Below, piece by piece: positions 37,643 through 46,379 of a stretch of 64,000 nucleotides of DNA; position 1 is the stretch's first letter; every line of letters begins with the position of its first letter. Location: positions 32,001 to 96,000 of the IMG/VR virus record IMGVR_UViG_3300036766_002288, one strand, 5' to 3'. Under the pieces are notes generated by a model that made no database searches, had not been told where the DNA came from, and was given only the letters and a program-made list of their open reading frames with translations. The position numbers and the translations under genes are program-made. Source of the DNA: a virus.

Positions 37643-37729
37643 GGACGGTTTGGACATTGGCAAGTCCCCTTAGTTGGAAACTAAGTACACCCGAAAGGGT
37701 GTGTAGAGTTCGAATCTCTAACCGCTCCG
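37643..37729 (+). tRNA. tRNA-Ser(GGA) with bulged acceptor stem
   Basis: GGACGGT/ACCG-C-TCC-G; CTTAG-TTGGAAA-CTAAG; long arm. Confidence 0.8.
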
Positions 37730-37734
37730 CTTAT

Positions 37735-37811
37735 GGCGCAGTGATGCAACCTTCGGCAGACATTCTTGACTTAGAATCAAGATTATATGGGTTCGAATCC
37801 CATCTGCGCTA
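37735..37811 (+). tRNA. short-variable-loop tRNA, Leu anticodon TAG
   Basis: GGCGCAG/CTGCGCT-A; CTTGA-CTTAGAA-TCAAG; variable loop ATTAT. Confidence 0.75.
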
Positions 37812-37827
37812 GTATAATAGTGAAAAT

Positions 37828-37910
37828 GCGGTAGTGGCGGAACGGTATACGCGCTTGCTTGAGGTGCAAGTCCCTTAAGTGGGATGTGGGTTCGACTCCC
37901 ACCTACCGCA
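37828..37910 (+). tRNA. tRNA-Leu(GAG)
   Basis: GCGGTAG/CTACCGC-A; CTTGC-TTGAGGT-GCAAG; long arm. Confidence 0.9.
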
Positions 37911-37912
37911 CT

Positions 37913-38155
37913 ATGAAAACTACATATTATCGACAATGCAAATTGCAGAAAAAGAACACCTTCCAAACCAGCTATATTCCAGAAGAATTTGCTGTTATGA
38001 ATAAGATTATTAAACTACGTGACAACAACGTATGGGATGATGGCTGGAAGGTCATCGCAGTTAGTTCTTCACGGCACGCAGATGATAACCTGCCTGACTC
38101 TCATTCTTCAATTAAGGCACATCGTAGGGCAACTGGTGATTCACAAAGGAAATAA
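37913..38155 (+). CDS. hypothetical protein
   Basis: ATG after tRNA; in frame with ORF-track 37859. Confidence 0.6.
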   Translation: MKTTYYRQCKLQKKNTFQTSYIPEEFAVMNKIIKLRDNNVWDDGWKVIAVSSSRHADDNLPDSHSSIKAHRRATGDSQRK

Positions 38156-38156
38156 T

Positions 38157-38441
38157 ATGTGTTTCATATATGATGAATACGCCGAACTTTACAAAGAAAA
38201 AGACGTAAAGGCAAAAAAAGAACACAAATGTTCTGAATGCGCCAGAACTATCTTTAAAAATGAGACGTATCAATATATTTTCACAATATTTCAAGGTGAT
38301 GCGACCACTACAAAGATTTGTTCAGATTGCAAGGATAAAAGACAAAAAATACATGATATAGAGATTAGTCATGGATGTAGCGAAAATGAATCTTGGCCTC
38401 CTTTAGGCGAACTAAGGGAATATTTACAACATTATGAATGA
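38157..38441 (+). CDS. Zn-finger hypothetical protein
   Basis: HKCSECARTI...ICSDC; SD AAAGGA. Confidence 0.65.
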   Translation: MCFIYDEYAELYKEKDVKAKKEHKCSECARTIFKNETYQYIFTIFQGDATTTKICSDCKDKRQKIHDIEISHGCSENESWPPLGELREYLQHYE

Positions 38442-38462
38442 TATATACTGTAAAGGAGTATC

Positions 38463-38660
38463 ATGGACAAGCGTGAATACCGACAACTAAAAAGGACTTT
38501 AAAAAAAGAAGGCAACAAAAAGGCACGAAAAAAACTTAAAAATGACTTAAGAGACAATCCTGAAGAAACCCATTGGTCAGAGATAGATTACGGCAACTGT
38601 AAGACCGAAGATATGAAAAAATACAGCAGAGGACATGAAGATGAATATAGGTCTATTTGA
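38463..38660 (+). CDS. small basic hypothetical protein
   Basis: SD AAGGAG; ORF track. Confidence 0.6.
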   Translation: MDKREYRQLKRTLKKEGNKKARKKLKNDLRDNPEETHWSEIDYGNCKTEDMKKYSRGHEDEYRSI

Positions 38661-39210
38661 TATGGACGGTAGCTTAGCTGATTATGAAGGTCAACTAAGG
38701 AAGGATTTGACCAAATGTCTTGGTGAAGAAGATTTGAAAAAGTTCGATGAGTTAGGCATGTGGAAAGCTGACGACCAAGAACCATTTAAATCACTCATTA
38801 GACTGATTAAGAATCAACCTTGTTGGTGGAAGAATCTCCCAGTAATGCAGAAAGGACTGGATATTTTCCACCTTGCTGTGCAGATTGGTTTTAAGAACCA
38901 TATTTTAACTAAGGGTCCAAAACATTATCCAAGGGCGTGGAAAGAAAAAGTTGAATGGTCTCAGCATTTATTTGGCAAGGATATTGACATTCATATAACA
39001 TCGGATAAAGGGTTAGTTTACGGCAGATTTTTATATGACGATTATCCTGATTATATGTTAAAATGGCTTGGGAGGCGTCCAAGGGGTTTGGGTATTATGC
39101 CAGTGAACAATTTCAATAAGGATTTTAACCATCCACAGGTAATTAAATGGGATGGAATAAACTATGATGAAGTGAAGGAAGCGTTGATAAAATGTTTCAA
39201 TAGGGGCTAA
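38641..39210 (+). CDS. HAD-family 5'(3')-deoxyribonucleotidase-like protein
   Basis: FDMDGSLAD motif I; LYDDYP motif IV. Confidence 0.8.
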   Translation: MNIGLFDMDGSLADYEGQLRKDLTKCLGEEDLKKFDELGMWKADDQEPFKSLIRLIKNQPCWWKNLPVMQKGLDIFHLAVQIGFKNHILTKGPKHYPRAWKEKVEWSQHLFGKDIDIHITSDKGLVYGRFLYDDYPDYMLKWLGRRPRGLGIMPVNNFNKDFNHPQVIKWDGINYDEVKEALIKCFNRG

Positions 39211-39231
39211 GTGGCAAAACGGTATACGCAG
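39205..39231 (+). pseudogene. decayed 5' fragment of tRNA-Leu
   Basis: 22/27 identity to first 27 nt of tRNA-Leu(CAA) at 39752; no anticodon or T arm follows. Confidence 0.65.
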
Positions 39232-39263
39232 AAATAAAAATTAAAACGTGTTTACTATATTAG

Positions 39264-39749
39264 TTGATGAGAAAAAGAAAATGGAATGACGAGCAATTAA
39301 TAGAAGCTGTTAAAACAAGCAAATCGGTGATGGAAGTATTGAAAAAAATTGGCTTAGGTTTAAGTGGTGGCTCCCATGCTTTGGTAAAAATGAGGATTAA
39401 ACATCTTAAAATTGATAATTCTCATTTTACAGGAAAAGGATGGTGCAGAGGGGAAAAGCACGAGGAATTCATTAAGCGAGTACTTCAGTATCCTTTAGAA
39501 CAAGTTTTAGTCAGAGATTCAACTTATCAGAACACACATGCCTTGAAAAAAAGACTTATAAAAGAAGGATTATTAATAAACGAATGTTGTAATTGTAAAC
39601 TAACCACATGGCTCAATGAGCCTATCAGTTTACAATTACATCATAAAGATGGAGATAGATGTAATAATTTGATTGGAAATCTATCAATACTATGTCCAAA
39701 TTGTCATAGTCAAACATCTACATTTGCAGGTAAGAGTAAAAGAAAATAA
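39264..39749 (+). CDS. HNH homing endonuclease
   Basis: CCNCKL...LQLHHKDGDRCNNLIGNLSILCPNCHSQT. Confidence 0.9.
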   Translation: MMRKRKWNDEQLIEAVKTSKSVMEVLKKIGLGLSGGSHALVKMRIKHLKIDNSHFTGKGWCRGEKHEEFIKRVLQYPLEQVLVRDSTYQNTHALKKRLIKEGLLINECCNCKLTTWLNEPISLQLHHKDGDRCNNLIGNLSILCPNCHSQTSTFAGKSKRK

Positions 39750-39751
39750 AC

Positions 39752-39832
39752 GGCCAAGTGGCGGAATGGTATACGCGGCACACTCAAAATGTGTTGTCCT
39801 TGGGCATGTGGGTTCGACTCCCACCTTGGCTA
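39752..39832 (+). tRNA. tRNA-Leu(CAA)
   Basis: GGCCAAG/CTTGGCT-A; GCACA-CTCAAAA-TGTGT; long arm. Confidence 0.92.
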
Positions 39833-39835
39833 CTT

Positions 39836-39997
39836 ATGAATACAAGTCTCAAATATCATGAAAAGATTTGGAAAGAATCCAGTTTTTTAACAAAGATTAA
39901 ATTTATTTTTTTTGGTTCGATCATATTCATGATCTTAATCGTTGGGTATTGTTGGGACAATGGAATTAAGAAGACATTGGATTTATTCAAAGAATGA
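39836..39997 (+). CDS. small membrane protein
   Basis: single hydrophobic helix; ATG after tRNA. Confidence 0.55.
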   Translation: MNTSLKYHEKIWKESSFLTKIKFIFFGSIIFMILIVGYCWDNGIKKTLDLFKE

Positions 39998-40419
39998 GCG
40001 TATTTCTATATAATTTTGAGCTTTTAACATGGATGCAATGGAAGATAAACTATCTTCCAGGCATTAGGGTTCAATGTGATTTCAGCAAGATTAATGCTAC
40101 ACCAGCGGTTCATATTGCAACTACGACAGATCAAATACGTTATCCTTGGTATGAAAATGGTGATTGGCGGGATGGGACTCCGTTGTGGTTCAAAGTTGGT
40201 GGTGGCCAGGTATTATGGCGGGGGCCTGCTGTAAGATATAAAGGTGTTTATTTAATTTTAGATGGGTGTCATAGGCTTCTTGACTTACAGCCAAGTATTG
40301 TTATAATGGATTATATTGATTTGAAGCAGGAAGAAATTTGTTATTTTAGTGACCTTTTAGGGATGTGGAACAATGACAATCCAAGAAGCGGCTGGTTTTT
40401 TGGTAAAACACCTGAATGA
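39994..40419 (+). CDS. ParB/Srx-like domain protein
   Basis: YLILDGCHRL motif. Confidence 0.5.
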   Translation: MSVFLYNFELLTWMQWKINYLPGIRVQCDFSKINATPAVHIATTTDQIRYPWYENGDWRDGTPLWFKVGGGQVLWRGPAVRYKGVYLILDGCHRLLDLQPSIVIMDYIDLKQEEICYFSDLLGMWNNDNPRSGWFFGKTPE

Positions 40420-40561
40420 TCCAGAAACATTTATTGTTTCTGTTCGGGATAATGAAATCTTTGTAGACGTTAATTGGATTTATCGTAAGTATGAAATAGA
40501 TCAATTAGGCGGCAGTTGGAACGGGTTTCCAGTGAAAACAGGTCGCATAAGTTGTTGGTAA
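40373..40561 (+). CDS. small hypothetical protein
   Basis: ORF track. Confidence 0.55.
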   Translation: MTIQEAAGFLVKHLNDPETFIVSVRDNEIFVDVNWIYRKYEIDQLGGSWNGFPVKTGRISCW

Positions 40562-40565
40562 GCAG

Positions 40566-40777
40566 CAATCGTGGCGGGTAGTGAGCATAGCAGGGGCGAA
40601 AACGCAAATATTCCGCGAACGAAGGACTGGGCGAGTGAGTGGTGAGCGATCTTTCTTTATTCATGGATGAATAAGTGGCTTATTAGAGGCGAAGTTCATC
40701 TAACTATGACAACCAGAAAGAGCGGCGGATATTCTAATCGGCGGTATCAAAAGGCGTGACACCTGCATAGTCGATTG
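40566..40777 (+). ncRNA. unidentified multibranched structured RNA directly upstream of tRNA-Leu
   Basis: GC-richer non-coding gap; nested stems CAATCG/CGATTG, GCAGG/CCTGC, AATATTCCGC/GCGGATATT, TCTTTCT/AGAAAGA, TTATTCA/TGAATAA, TTAGA/TCTAA. Confidence 0.55.
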
Positions 40778-40779
40778 AT

Positions 40780-40861
40780 GGCCAAGTGGTGGAACGGTAT
40801 ACACAGCAGACTTAAAATCTGCCGCCCGTTGGGCTTGCGGGTTCAACTCCCGCCTTGGCCA
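40780..40861 (+). tRNA. tRNA-Leu(TAA)
   Basis: GGCCAAG/CTTGGCC-A; GCAGA-CTTAAAA-TCTGC; long arm. Confidence 0.92.
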
Positions 40862-40865
40862 CTAT

Positions 40866-41000
40866 ATGTCTTTCATAATAAATTTAACCTTTCTGCCAGT
40901 ATCAATATTTGCATACTTACTATTCCAAAAATGGTATAAACCAATTACAATTCCAGGCATACTATATCATTACATTGAAACTGGTAAATGGGGAAACTAG
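40866..41000 (+). CDS. 44-aa hydrophobic peptide
   Basis: read manually MSFIINLTFLPVSIFAYLLF...; fills gap. Confidence 0.45.
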   Translation: MSFIINLTFLPVSIFAYLLFQKWYKPITIPGILYHYIETGKWGN

Positions 41001-41003
41001 CCA

Positions 41004-41567
41004 ATGGAAAGAACTGAACTAACTGATGGCGGATACATATTGTATCAACCAGATTTCTATAATACAAAAATCGCAGATAATCTCTTCAACTTGTTACTAG
41101 ATGTTCCCTGGAAACAAGAGACATTTTCTTGGGGCAAATTTCCTAGACTCACATCTTATTACGCCGATGAAGGTGTAAAATATGAATATTCTGGAGTCAC
41201 CCACAAAGCTTTGGTATGGCCAGGAATTCTCTCAGCGGTAAAAGATAAAACTCAACAAGTTGTTGGTGAGAAATTTAACAGTCTATTGTTAAATTTCTAC
41301 AGGGATGGTGCGGATTCTATTGGCTGGCATTCAGATGATGAGAAAGAATTAGGAATAAATCCAATCATTGCATCTATTTCATTGGGTGCTGAAAGAACAT
41401 TCAATGTTAGGCACAAAAGAACTAAGGAAAAGTGGTCTATAGTTTTAAAGAATGGAAGTTTAATAGTTATGGGTGGTACAATGCAACATCATTGGCAGCA
41501 TTGTGTGCCAAAGACAACCAAGCCAGTTTTTGCAAGAATAAACCTTACTTTTAGGAACATTTTATGA
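41004..41567 (+). CDS. alkB: AlkB-family 2OG-Fe(II) dioxygenase (ALKBH2/3-like)
   Basis: NFYRDGADSIGWHSDDE, SISLGAER, HCVPK...RINLTFR. Confidence 0.92.
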   Translation: MERTELTDGGYILYQPDFYNTKIADNLFNLLLDVPWKQETFSWGKFPRLTSYYADEGVKYEYSGVTHKALVWPGILSAVKDKTQQVVGEKFNSLLLNFYRDGADSIGWHSDDEKELGINPIIASISLGAERTFNVRHKRTKEKWSIVLKNGSLIVMGGTMQHHWQHCVPKTTKPVFARINLTFRNIL

Positions 41568-41962
41568 GTTCATACAAAGAAGCATGTCAAGTTACAAAAG
41601 AGACTGATAAGTTATTTACAGCATACGATTTTCATCCAAGTGATTTGGTTGTAATTGGTCATGAAGAAGGCACACAGTTAGTGTATAAAAGTGCCTTCTT
41701 AAAAGAATGGAAAGATTACATCTTCGTTTTCACAGAGCATCATGGGACTTTAGTTTACCATAAATACGATTTATCTTATTATAATCAATACACTACCAAG
41801 GAAATAGAAAAGCTAAAATTCACATTTCATAAGGATATATGTCAAGACTGCAAAATTGAATTCAAAGTTGAAGATTTAAGGTATGGCTATCATCCAGAAC
41901 GATATGAGGAAATCAGCATTCTTTGTAATGGTTGCTATGAAAAGGCTTGTGACTTACCCTGA
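41564..41962 (+). CDS. hypothetical protein with C-terminal CxxC pairs
   Basis: ORF track. Confidence 0.6.
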   Translation: MSSYKEACQVTKETDKLFTAYDFHPSDLVVIGHEEGTQLVYKSAFLKEWKDYIFVFTEHHGTLVYHKYDLSYYNQYTTKEIEKLKFTFHKDICQDCKIEFKVEDLRYGYHPERYEEISILCNGCYEKACDLP

Positions 41963-44900
41963 TACCTTTTTAATATAAATGCCATTCGTTGCTAGCTCAA
42001 AAGTTAAATACTCAATATATTCTTTAGCTGATTTTAGATTCCAACCCAATGCTTCTCTAGCTAGTTTTATTGCTTGAATCTTATCTCCCTGTTCTATTTT
42101 GCTCTCCATGTCCATTATTGTTTTTTTGTCTAAAAACGGCTTGCCAGGCATATCATGGTAGTGCTGAACCATTATTTCATGTGCTTTTTCTTGAGATAAA
42201 GGAGAAATGGCATAAATTGTTTTAGCATCAAAATATTTTTGTATTGCTAATTCTTTTAAATAGGTTTTTTTGATATCAAACAATTGATTTGGACTATAAT
42301 TAGCACCTAATGCGGCGTTGACCTTAGTTAAAATATCTTCAATTGGATAACTAGGGTTGTAATATTTAGTAGAAATAATTGCCCTCGCTACTTTCAAATC
42401 CATTGGGAAAAGGAATGCCTTCAATGGATTAAAGCTGTTTTTCAAAGAATCAATAATTTTAGCACCTGTATCTATGGGAGCAGGAGCAGTTGCTAGTTCC
42501 ATATCATCTGCTTCGATAGCATAACTACCGCCACTAGGAAACTTAACACTATAACCATGTTCAAAATCTGATTGTGGAATTTTGTAAACAATTGTTCCAA
42601 CCATACCTTTGTGATAACCATTTATGATCTTAACTGGATCGCCATTTTTGAATTCTTTTTTAGGTTTTGAAGACAACTCAATATTCACCACCTTAATAGG
42701 TGCCTCGCCACCATCATCAAACTTAATATGCACCATGTTATCTTTGTAAGCGCCTGTATAAGTTTTAGTTATATGACCAGTCAGACCTGCATACATTCCA
42801 TCTTTGACTTTTACAAAGTCTCCGACTTTAAAATCCTTTTTAGACCCCGCCGCCACTGGTGCTACTAATTGCAGATTGCCTGCATGTACCAAATATTCAT
42901 ATCCAGCACCGCCAGACTTTATTTTATAAAGATTATCACCTACAATTTTCTCTTTAACGACGCCAGTTATTCCATTATGTTCACCGCCAGTAACTTTAAC
43001 GGTTGCCCCAATTTCAAACGTTTTTGACTGACCCTTCTTGCCTGTTATTTCGAACTGATTTGGTGCTAAAATTTGATCTTGTTTGCCACCGAAGGCAATG
43101 TCTAAAGCAATAGTATAATTTGTTCCGTGGTTCACCTTAACGGTGCCTGTAAAACCTGCAAAACTACCATCTATTACCTTAACAATGTCCCCCACTTCTG
43201 GGGTGGGCGATTTATCTAATTCGATATCATTTTTATAGAAAAGATACGGGGAATCGGATGACCCTAATGTAACCATATAATTCCCATTTTCAGTCTTGTG
43301 CTTAAATTTACCTTTTTTGCCTGTGTGCAAACCATTTTTAACTTTAATAGGATCGCCTGCCTTAAAATCTTCTTTTTCCTTAACAGAATCATCCTTCTTC
43401 AAATCCCCCTGAGAGAAATACAAATTTTGCTTTTTACTATCAAGGGGACTTTCTACGGCGACAATCCACACACCTTCAGTTGAAGTTGAGGTTACAATCT
43501 CACCTTTCTTGCCCTTGTAATCACCATTAGTTATGATTACAGGGTCGCCTACTTTATATGATGGTCTTGTTTTTTCATCCTTTTGCAAATCGTAGTTTGA
43601 ATAGGGAATTAGGTTTACAAGACCAAGATCGACTTGATAGGGATATGGGTCTTCGGCGGCTTTTATATTTTTGATAAAACCTTTCATGCCTTTATGACTT
43701 CCATATTTGATAGTAACATGGTCGCCTACTTTAAGGCCCAGAAGCGACTTGCCACCGCTAGCGGAATCGTCTTTCTTGAAGTAATCTGAGGAATACCATT
43801 GTTCATCGGCTTCCCCACCATGCGGCATCGTTACAAGAACACTCCATGAATGCCCATTATAACTTTTGAGAACACCTTTTGAGCCGTTATAAGTGCCATG
43901 AGTGATGATTACATGGTCCCCTACCTTATTCCCTTTTTCGTCTGGGAAGCTGCTGGCTTTCTTTTCAACAACTTCAAATCTATGTCTCTTAAAAGCCTTT
44001 GTAGGCTTATCTGCGAACTCGACGTTGAAATAAGGAAAATCGTATTTGTAAATCTTATCTATGACGGTTCCAGTTTGGCCAACATATCCACTAGAACCAC
44101 CTATAATCTTAACCTTGTCACCAATATCTACATCAGAAGGATGTGGGGGCTGATTAATTGGGGTTCCTGTGTATGTCGGCTGTGGAACAGGTTTACCCTT
44201 ATTAACCTTGGCCCAATATTCTTGATTAACTTGTCCCATAGAGTATGGGGCTGGTCCATAATTGCCAGTTACAGGGCTTGATACTGATTGATTTATAATA
44301 TGTTGACTAGCATATTGTTCTGGGGTAATATCTTTAGGCTTACTTTCCCAATAAGTATCATTAGGATAGTTTTTTTCATGTTCAGCTTTCTTTTTCTCAT
44401 ATTGAGATTGCTGCATCTGATTATATATCTCTGCCTTTTTCTTTAGAATTTCAGGCCAATCTTTCTCAAAGTCCAAAAAAGTTTTGCCTGTCTTGAGCTT
44501 AATACCAATTTTGGCCACTTCCCGCATTGAAGGACTAATATGCTCAAACATTTCGTGGGGAGAAACTAGATCACGTTTATGGTCAAGTGATTTCTGAATC
44601 CAATCATACTTATTATCTTTCCTATAACTTTTTAATTTAGTGAATACACTACCAGTATTATGTTGTAAGTCGTAAACATGGTCAATGTAGGCGATTATCT
44701 TATTTGGCGTTTCGGCATCATTTAGGTGTGTCCAACCATCAGCAATACCTCCCCAGGCTTTGCCACCATATGAACTACCCCATTTTGCATTATAAAATAG
44801 CCAACTGGCTAGCTTTGCCCATTCTTCATCTGTTCCACCTGCATGTTTCAGAGCTTTGTATGAAGTGGTATAACCATCATCACTGTTTTTAGCTGTAGTC

Positions 44901-45454
44901 GGTATATGGATACGATCCATTATTTCTGCTGTTTCTGGATTTTGTAAATTTCTTAAAGCGAGTGTGTAATTCCTTAGTAAACTTGCTTCTTTTGGACCGA
45001 GTTCCTTTTTCACTCTTTCAATTAAAAGTTTAGGCTTATTTCTTTCACTATCATATAAGTGTCTTAATTCGGCGGAAATAGAAAACATAACTGCTTCCAA
45101 TAGTTCCTTTTTAAGGGCTGGCAGTAGTTTATTGCCTACTTCATATAGAGCATGATAGAATTTGTCCTCTACGGTCATGGACATATCACCATAATGTCTC
45201 GTATCTGGTGGAAGTCCTTTTTCTTCTCTTTCTTTATTCTGAAGTGCATTAGCTTTTTCTGTATCTTCTCCACCAAAATCCATTGGTTTTAGATACATGT
45301 GAATACCAGGCGGAAGAAGATATTCGAGCATGTAAAAGTCGTACATTTGCTGTTGTCTATCTTCTGGGACATGGTATGTCCATGAACCAAATACACCTTC
45401 TAGTATTGGATTATAATCTTTTTTATTTAACCAATTAGCGAACTTGTCTAGCAT
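41954..45454 (-). CDS. ~1170-aa protein with nine KOW repeats and C-terminal ribosomal L7/L12-CTD-like motif
   Basis: repeated (K/E)xGDxVxIxxGx(Y/H)xGxxG; GDKIQAIKLAREALGWNLKSAKEYIE; ATG 45454 preceded by ATAAATA. Confidence 0.8.
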   Translation of the reverse strand: MLDKFANWLNKKDYNPILEGVFGSWTYHVPEDRQQQMYDFYMLEYLLPPGIHMYLKPMDFGGEDTEKANALQNKEREEKGLPPDTRHYGDMSMTVEDKFYHALYEVGNKLLPALKKELLEAVMFSISAELRHLYDSERNKPKLLIERVKKELGPKEASLLRNYTLALRNLQNPETAEIMDRIHIPTTAKNSDDGYTTSYKALKHAGGTDEEWAKLASWLFYNAKWGSSYGGKAWGGIADGWTHLNDAETPNKIIAYIDHVYDLQHNTGSVFTKLKSYRKDNKYDWIQKSLDHKRDLVSPHEMFEHISPSMREVAKIGIKLKTGKTFLDFEKDWPEILKKKAEIYNQMQQSQYEKKKAEHEKNYPNDTYWESKPKDITPEQYASQHIINQSVSSPVTGNYGPAPYSMGQVNQEYWAKVNKGKPVPQPTYTGTPINQPPHPSDVDIGDKVKIIGGSSGYVGQTGTVIDKIYKYDFPYFNVEFADKPTKAFKRHRFEVVEKKASSFPDEKGNKVGDHVIITHGTYNGSKGVLKSYNGHSWSVLVTMPHGGEADEQWYSSDYFKKDDSASGGKSLLGLKVGDHVTIKYGSHKGMKGFIKNIKAAEDPYPYQVDLGLVNLIPYSNYDLQKDEKTRPSYKVGDPVIITNGDYKGKKGEIVTSTSTEGVWIVAVESPLDSKKQNLYFSQGDLKKDDSVKEKEDFKAGDPIKVKNGLHTGKKGKFKHKTENGNYMVTLGSSDSPYLFYKNDIELDKSPTPEVGDIVKVIDGSFAGFTGTVKVNHGTNYTIALDIAFGGKQDQILAPNQFEITGKKGQSKTFEIGATVKVTGGEHNGITGVVKEKIVGDNLYKIKSGGAGYEYLVHAGNLQLVAPVAAGSKKDFKVGDFVKVKDGMYAGLTGHITKTYTGAYKDNMVHIKFDDGGEAPIKVVNIELSSKPKKEFKNGDPVKIINGYHKGMVGTIVYKIPQSDFEHGYSVKFPSGGSYAIEADDMELATAPAPIDTGAKIIDSLKNSFNPLKAFLFPMDLKVARAIISTKYYNPSYPIEDILTKVNAALGANYSPNQLFDIKKTYLKELAIQKYFDAKTIYAISPLSQEKAHEIMVQHYHDMPGKPFLDKKTIMDMESKIEQGDKIQAIKLAREALGWNLKSAKEYIEYLTFELATNGIYIKKVSG

Positions 45455-45501
45455 TGTAATATTTATGTTCTTTTCTCTCAATTTTGTTGGTAAATACTAA
45501 A

Positions 45502-46347
45502 ATGAGTGTGTCACTTGATGAGTTAGTTAATTGTGATGGGCAATTAGTCTATGCTATTGATGAAGAAGAGAACGTCTACATAGGTATTTTGTATTATAAA
45601 CCAGAGAACGGTGAATTTTCGGTTGAAATTTGGGAAGATTCGTGCTGCGCGATGGCAATAATGACTCCAGACGACCTTATTTACTTAATTTGTAATAATC
45701 CTAGCGGAACAGTAATAACATTCTTTGACCCAGACTTGTTTGATTTAAATACGACTTGGACAGTTCCTGATGGTATTTTTTCTGTATTTGTCGAATGCTG
45801 GGGCGCGGGTGGATATGGCAATACTAATATTAGTGGTGCATTTGGAGGTGGTGGAGGTGGTGGGGGTGCTTACGCTGCTAGTATAGTGTCAGTAATGCCT
45901 GGAGATGTTTATAGTATAACGATTACAAATACTAATTGTAATCCTAACTTCGTTTCAACCATATTTGGGTCAAATTTAGTTACTGCTGCTGCGGGGAGTT
46001 GTGCTAATGCTCTTGGCATAGGTGGGGCAGGCGGGCAAGTGGCAGATAGTATAGGCACTACTAGATTTGCTGGTGGAAATGGTGGGGATGGGGACACATC
46101 TGTTGGAGGTAGTGGCGGCGGTGGTGGGGCATGTGCAGGGCCAGGTGGACCAGGAAATGCTGGGGCAATTGTCACTGGTGGTGTCGGAGATGGTGATTTA
46201 GCAGGCAGTGGCGGGGCAGGAGCGGCATTGCCTGCAACTCCTGCCGATTTTGGTGGACTTTATGGTGGAGGTGGAGGTGGTGGAGCAAGTGGTGGAGCAA
46301 TAGAAGGAGCAAATGGACCCCCAGGAATTATTCGTTTAACATATTGA
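45502..46347 (+). CDS. protein with one Gly-rich beta repeat unit (tail-fibre/adhesin-like)
   Basis: TWTVPDGIFSVFVECWGAGG...GGGAYA...GIIRLTY; same unit as 50238-54821. Confidence 0.7.
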   Translation: MSVSLDELVNCDGQLVYAIDEEENVYIGILYYKPENGEFSVEIWEDSCCAMAIMTPDDLIYLICNNPSGTVITFFDPDLFDLNTTWTVPDGIFSVFVECWGAGGYGNTNISGAFGGGGGGGGAYAASIVSVMPGDVYSITITNTNCNPNFVSTIFGSNLVTAAAGSCANALGIGGAGGQVADSIGTTRFAGGNGGDGDTSVGGSGGGGGACAGPGGPGNAGAIVTGGVGDGDLAGSGGAGAALPATPADFGGLYGGGGGGGASGGAIEGANGPPGIIRLTY

Positions 46348-46373
46348 CATTCTTGATTTTTGTGCTATATATT
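46344..46373 (+). promoter_or_regulatory. sigma70-type promoter
   Basis: TTGACA...TGcTATATATT upstream of HNH/tRNA. Confidence 0.55.
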
Positions 46374-46379
46374 AATTAG

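Noticed and set aside
35657-39861. ORF-track calls overlapping tRNA genes (35657-35932, 37718-37966, 39673-39861, 5' parts of 35968, 37859, 39758)
   Set aside because: They overlap well-formed tRNAs; treated as spurious or re-started downstream.
40566-40777. Group I intron, RNase P RNA or tmRNA identity for the structured RNA
   Set aside because: The P7-like pair lacks the G-C guanosine site and there is no P9 or exon context; no GAGGAAAGUCC; no tmRNA termini or tag ORF.
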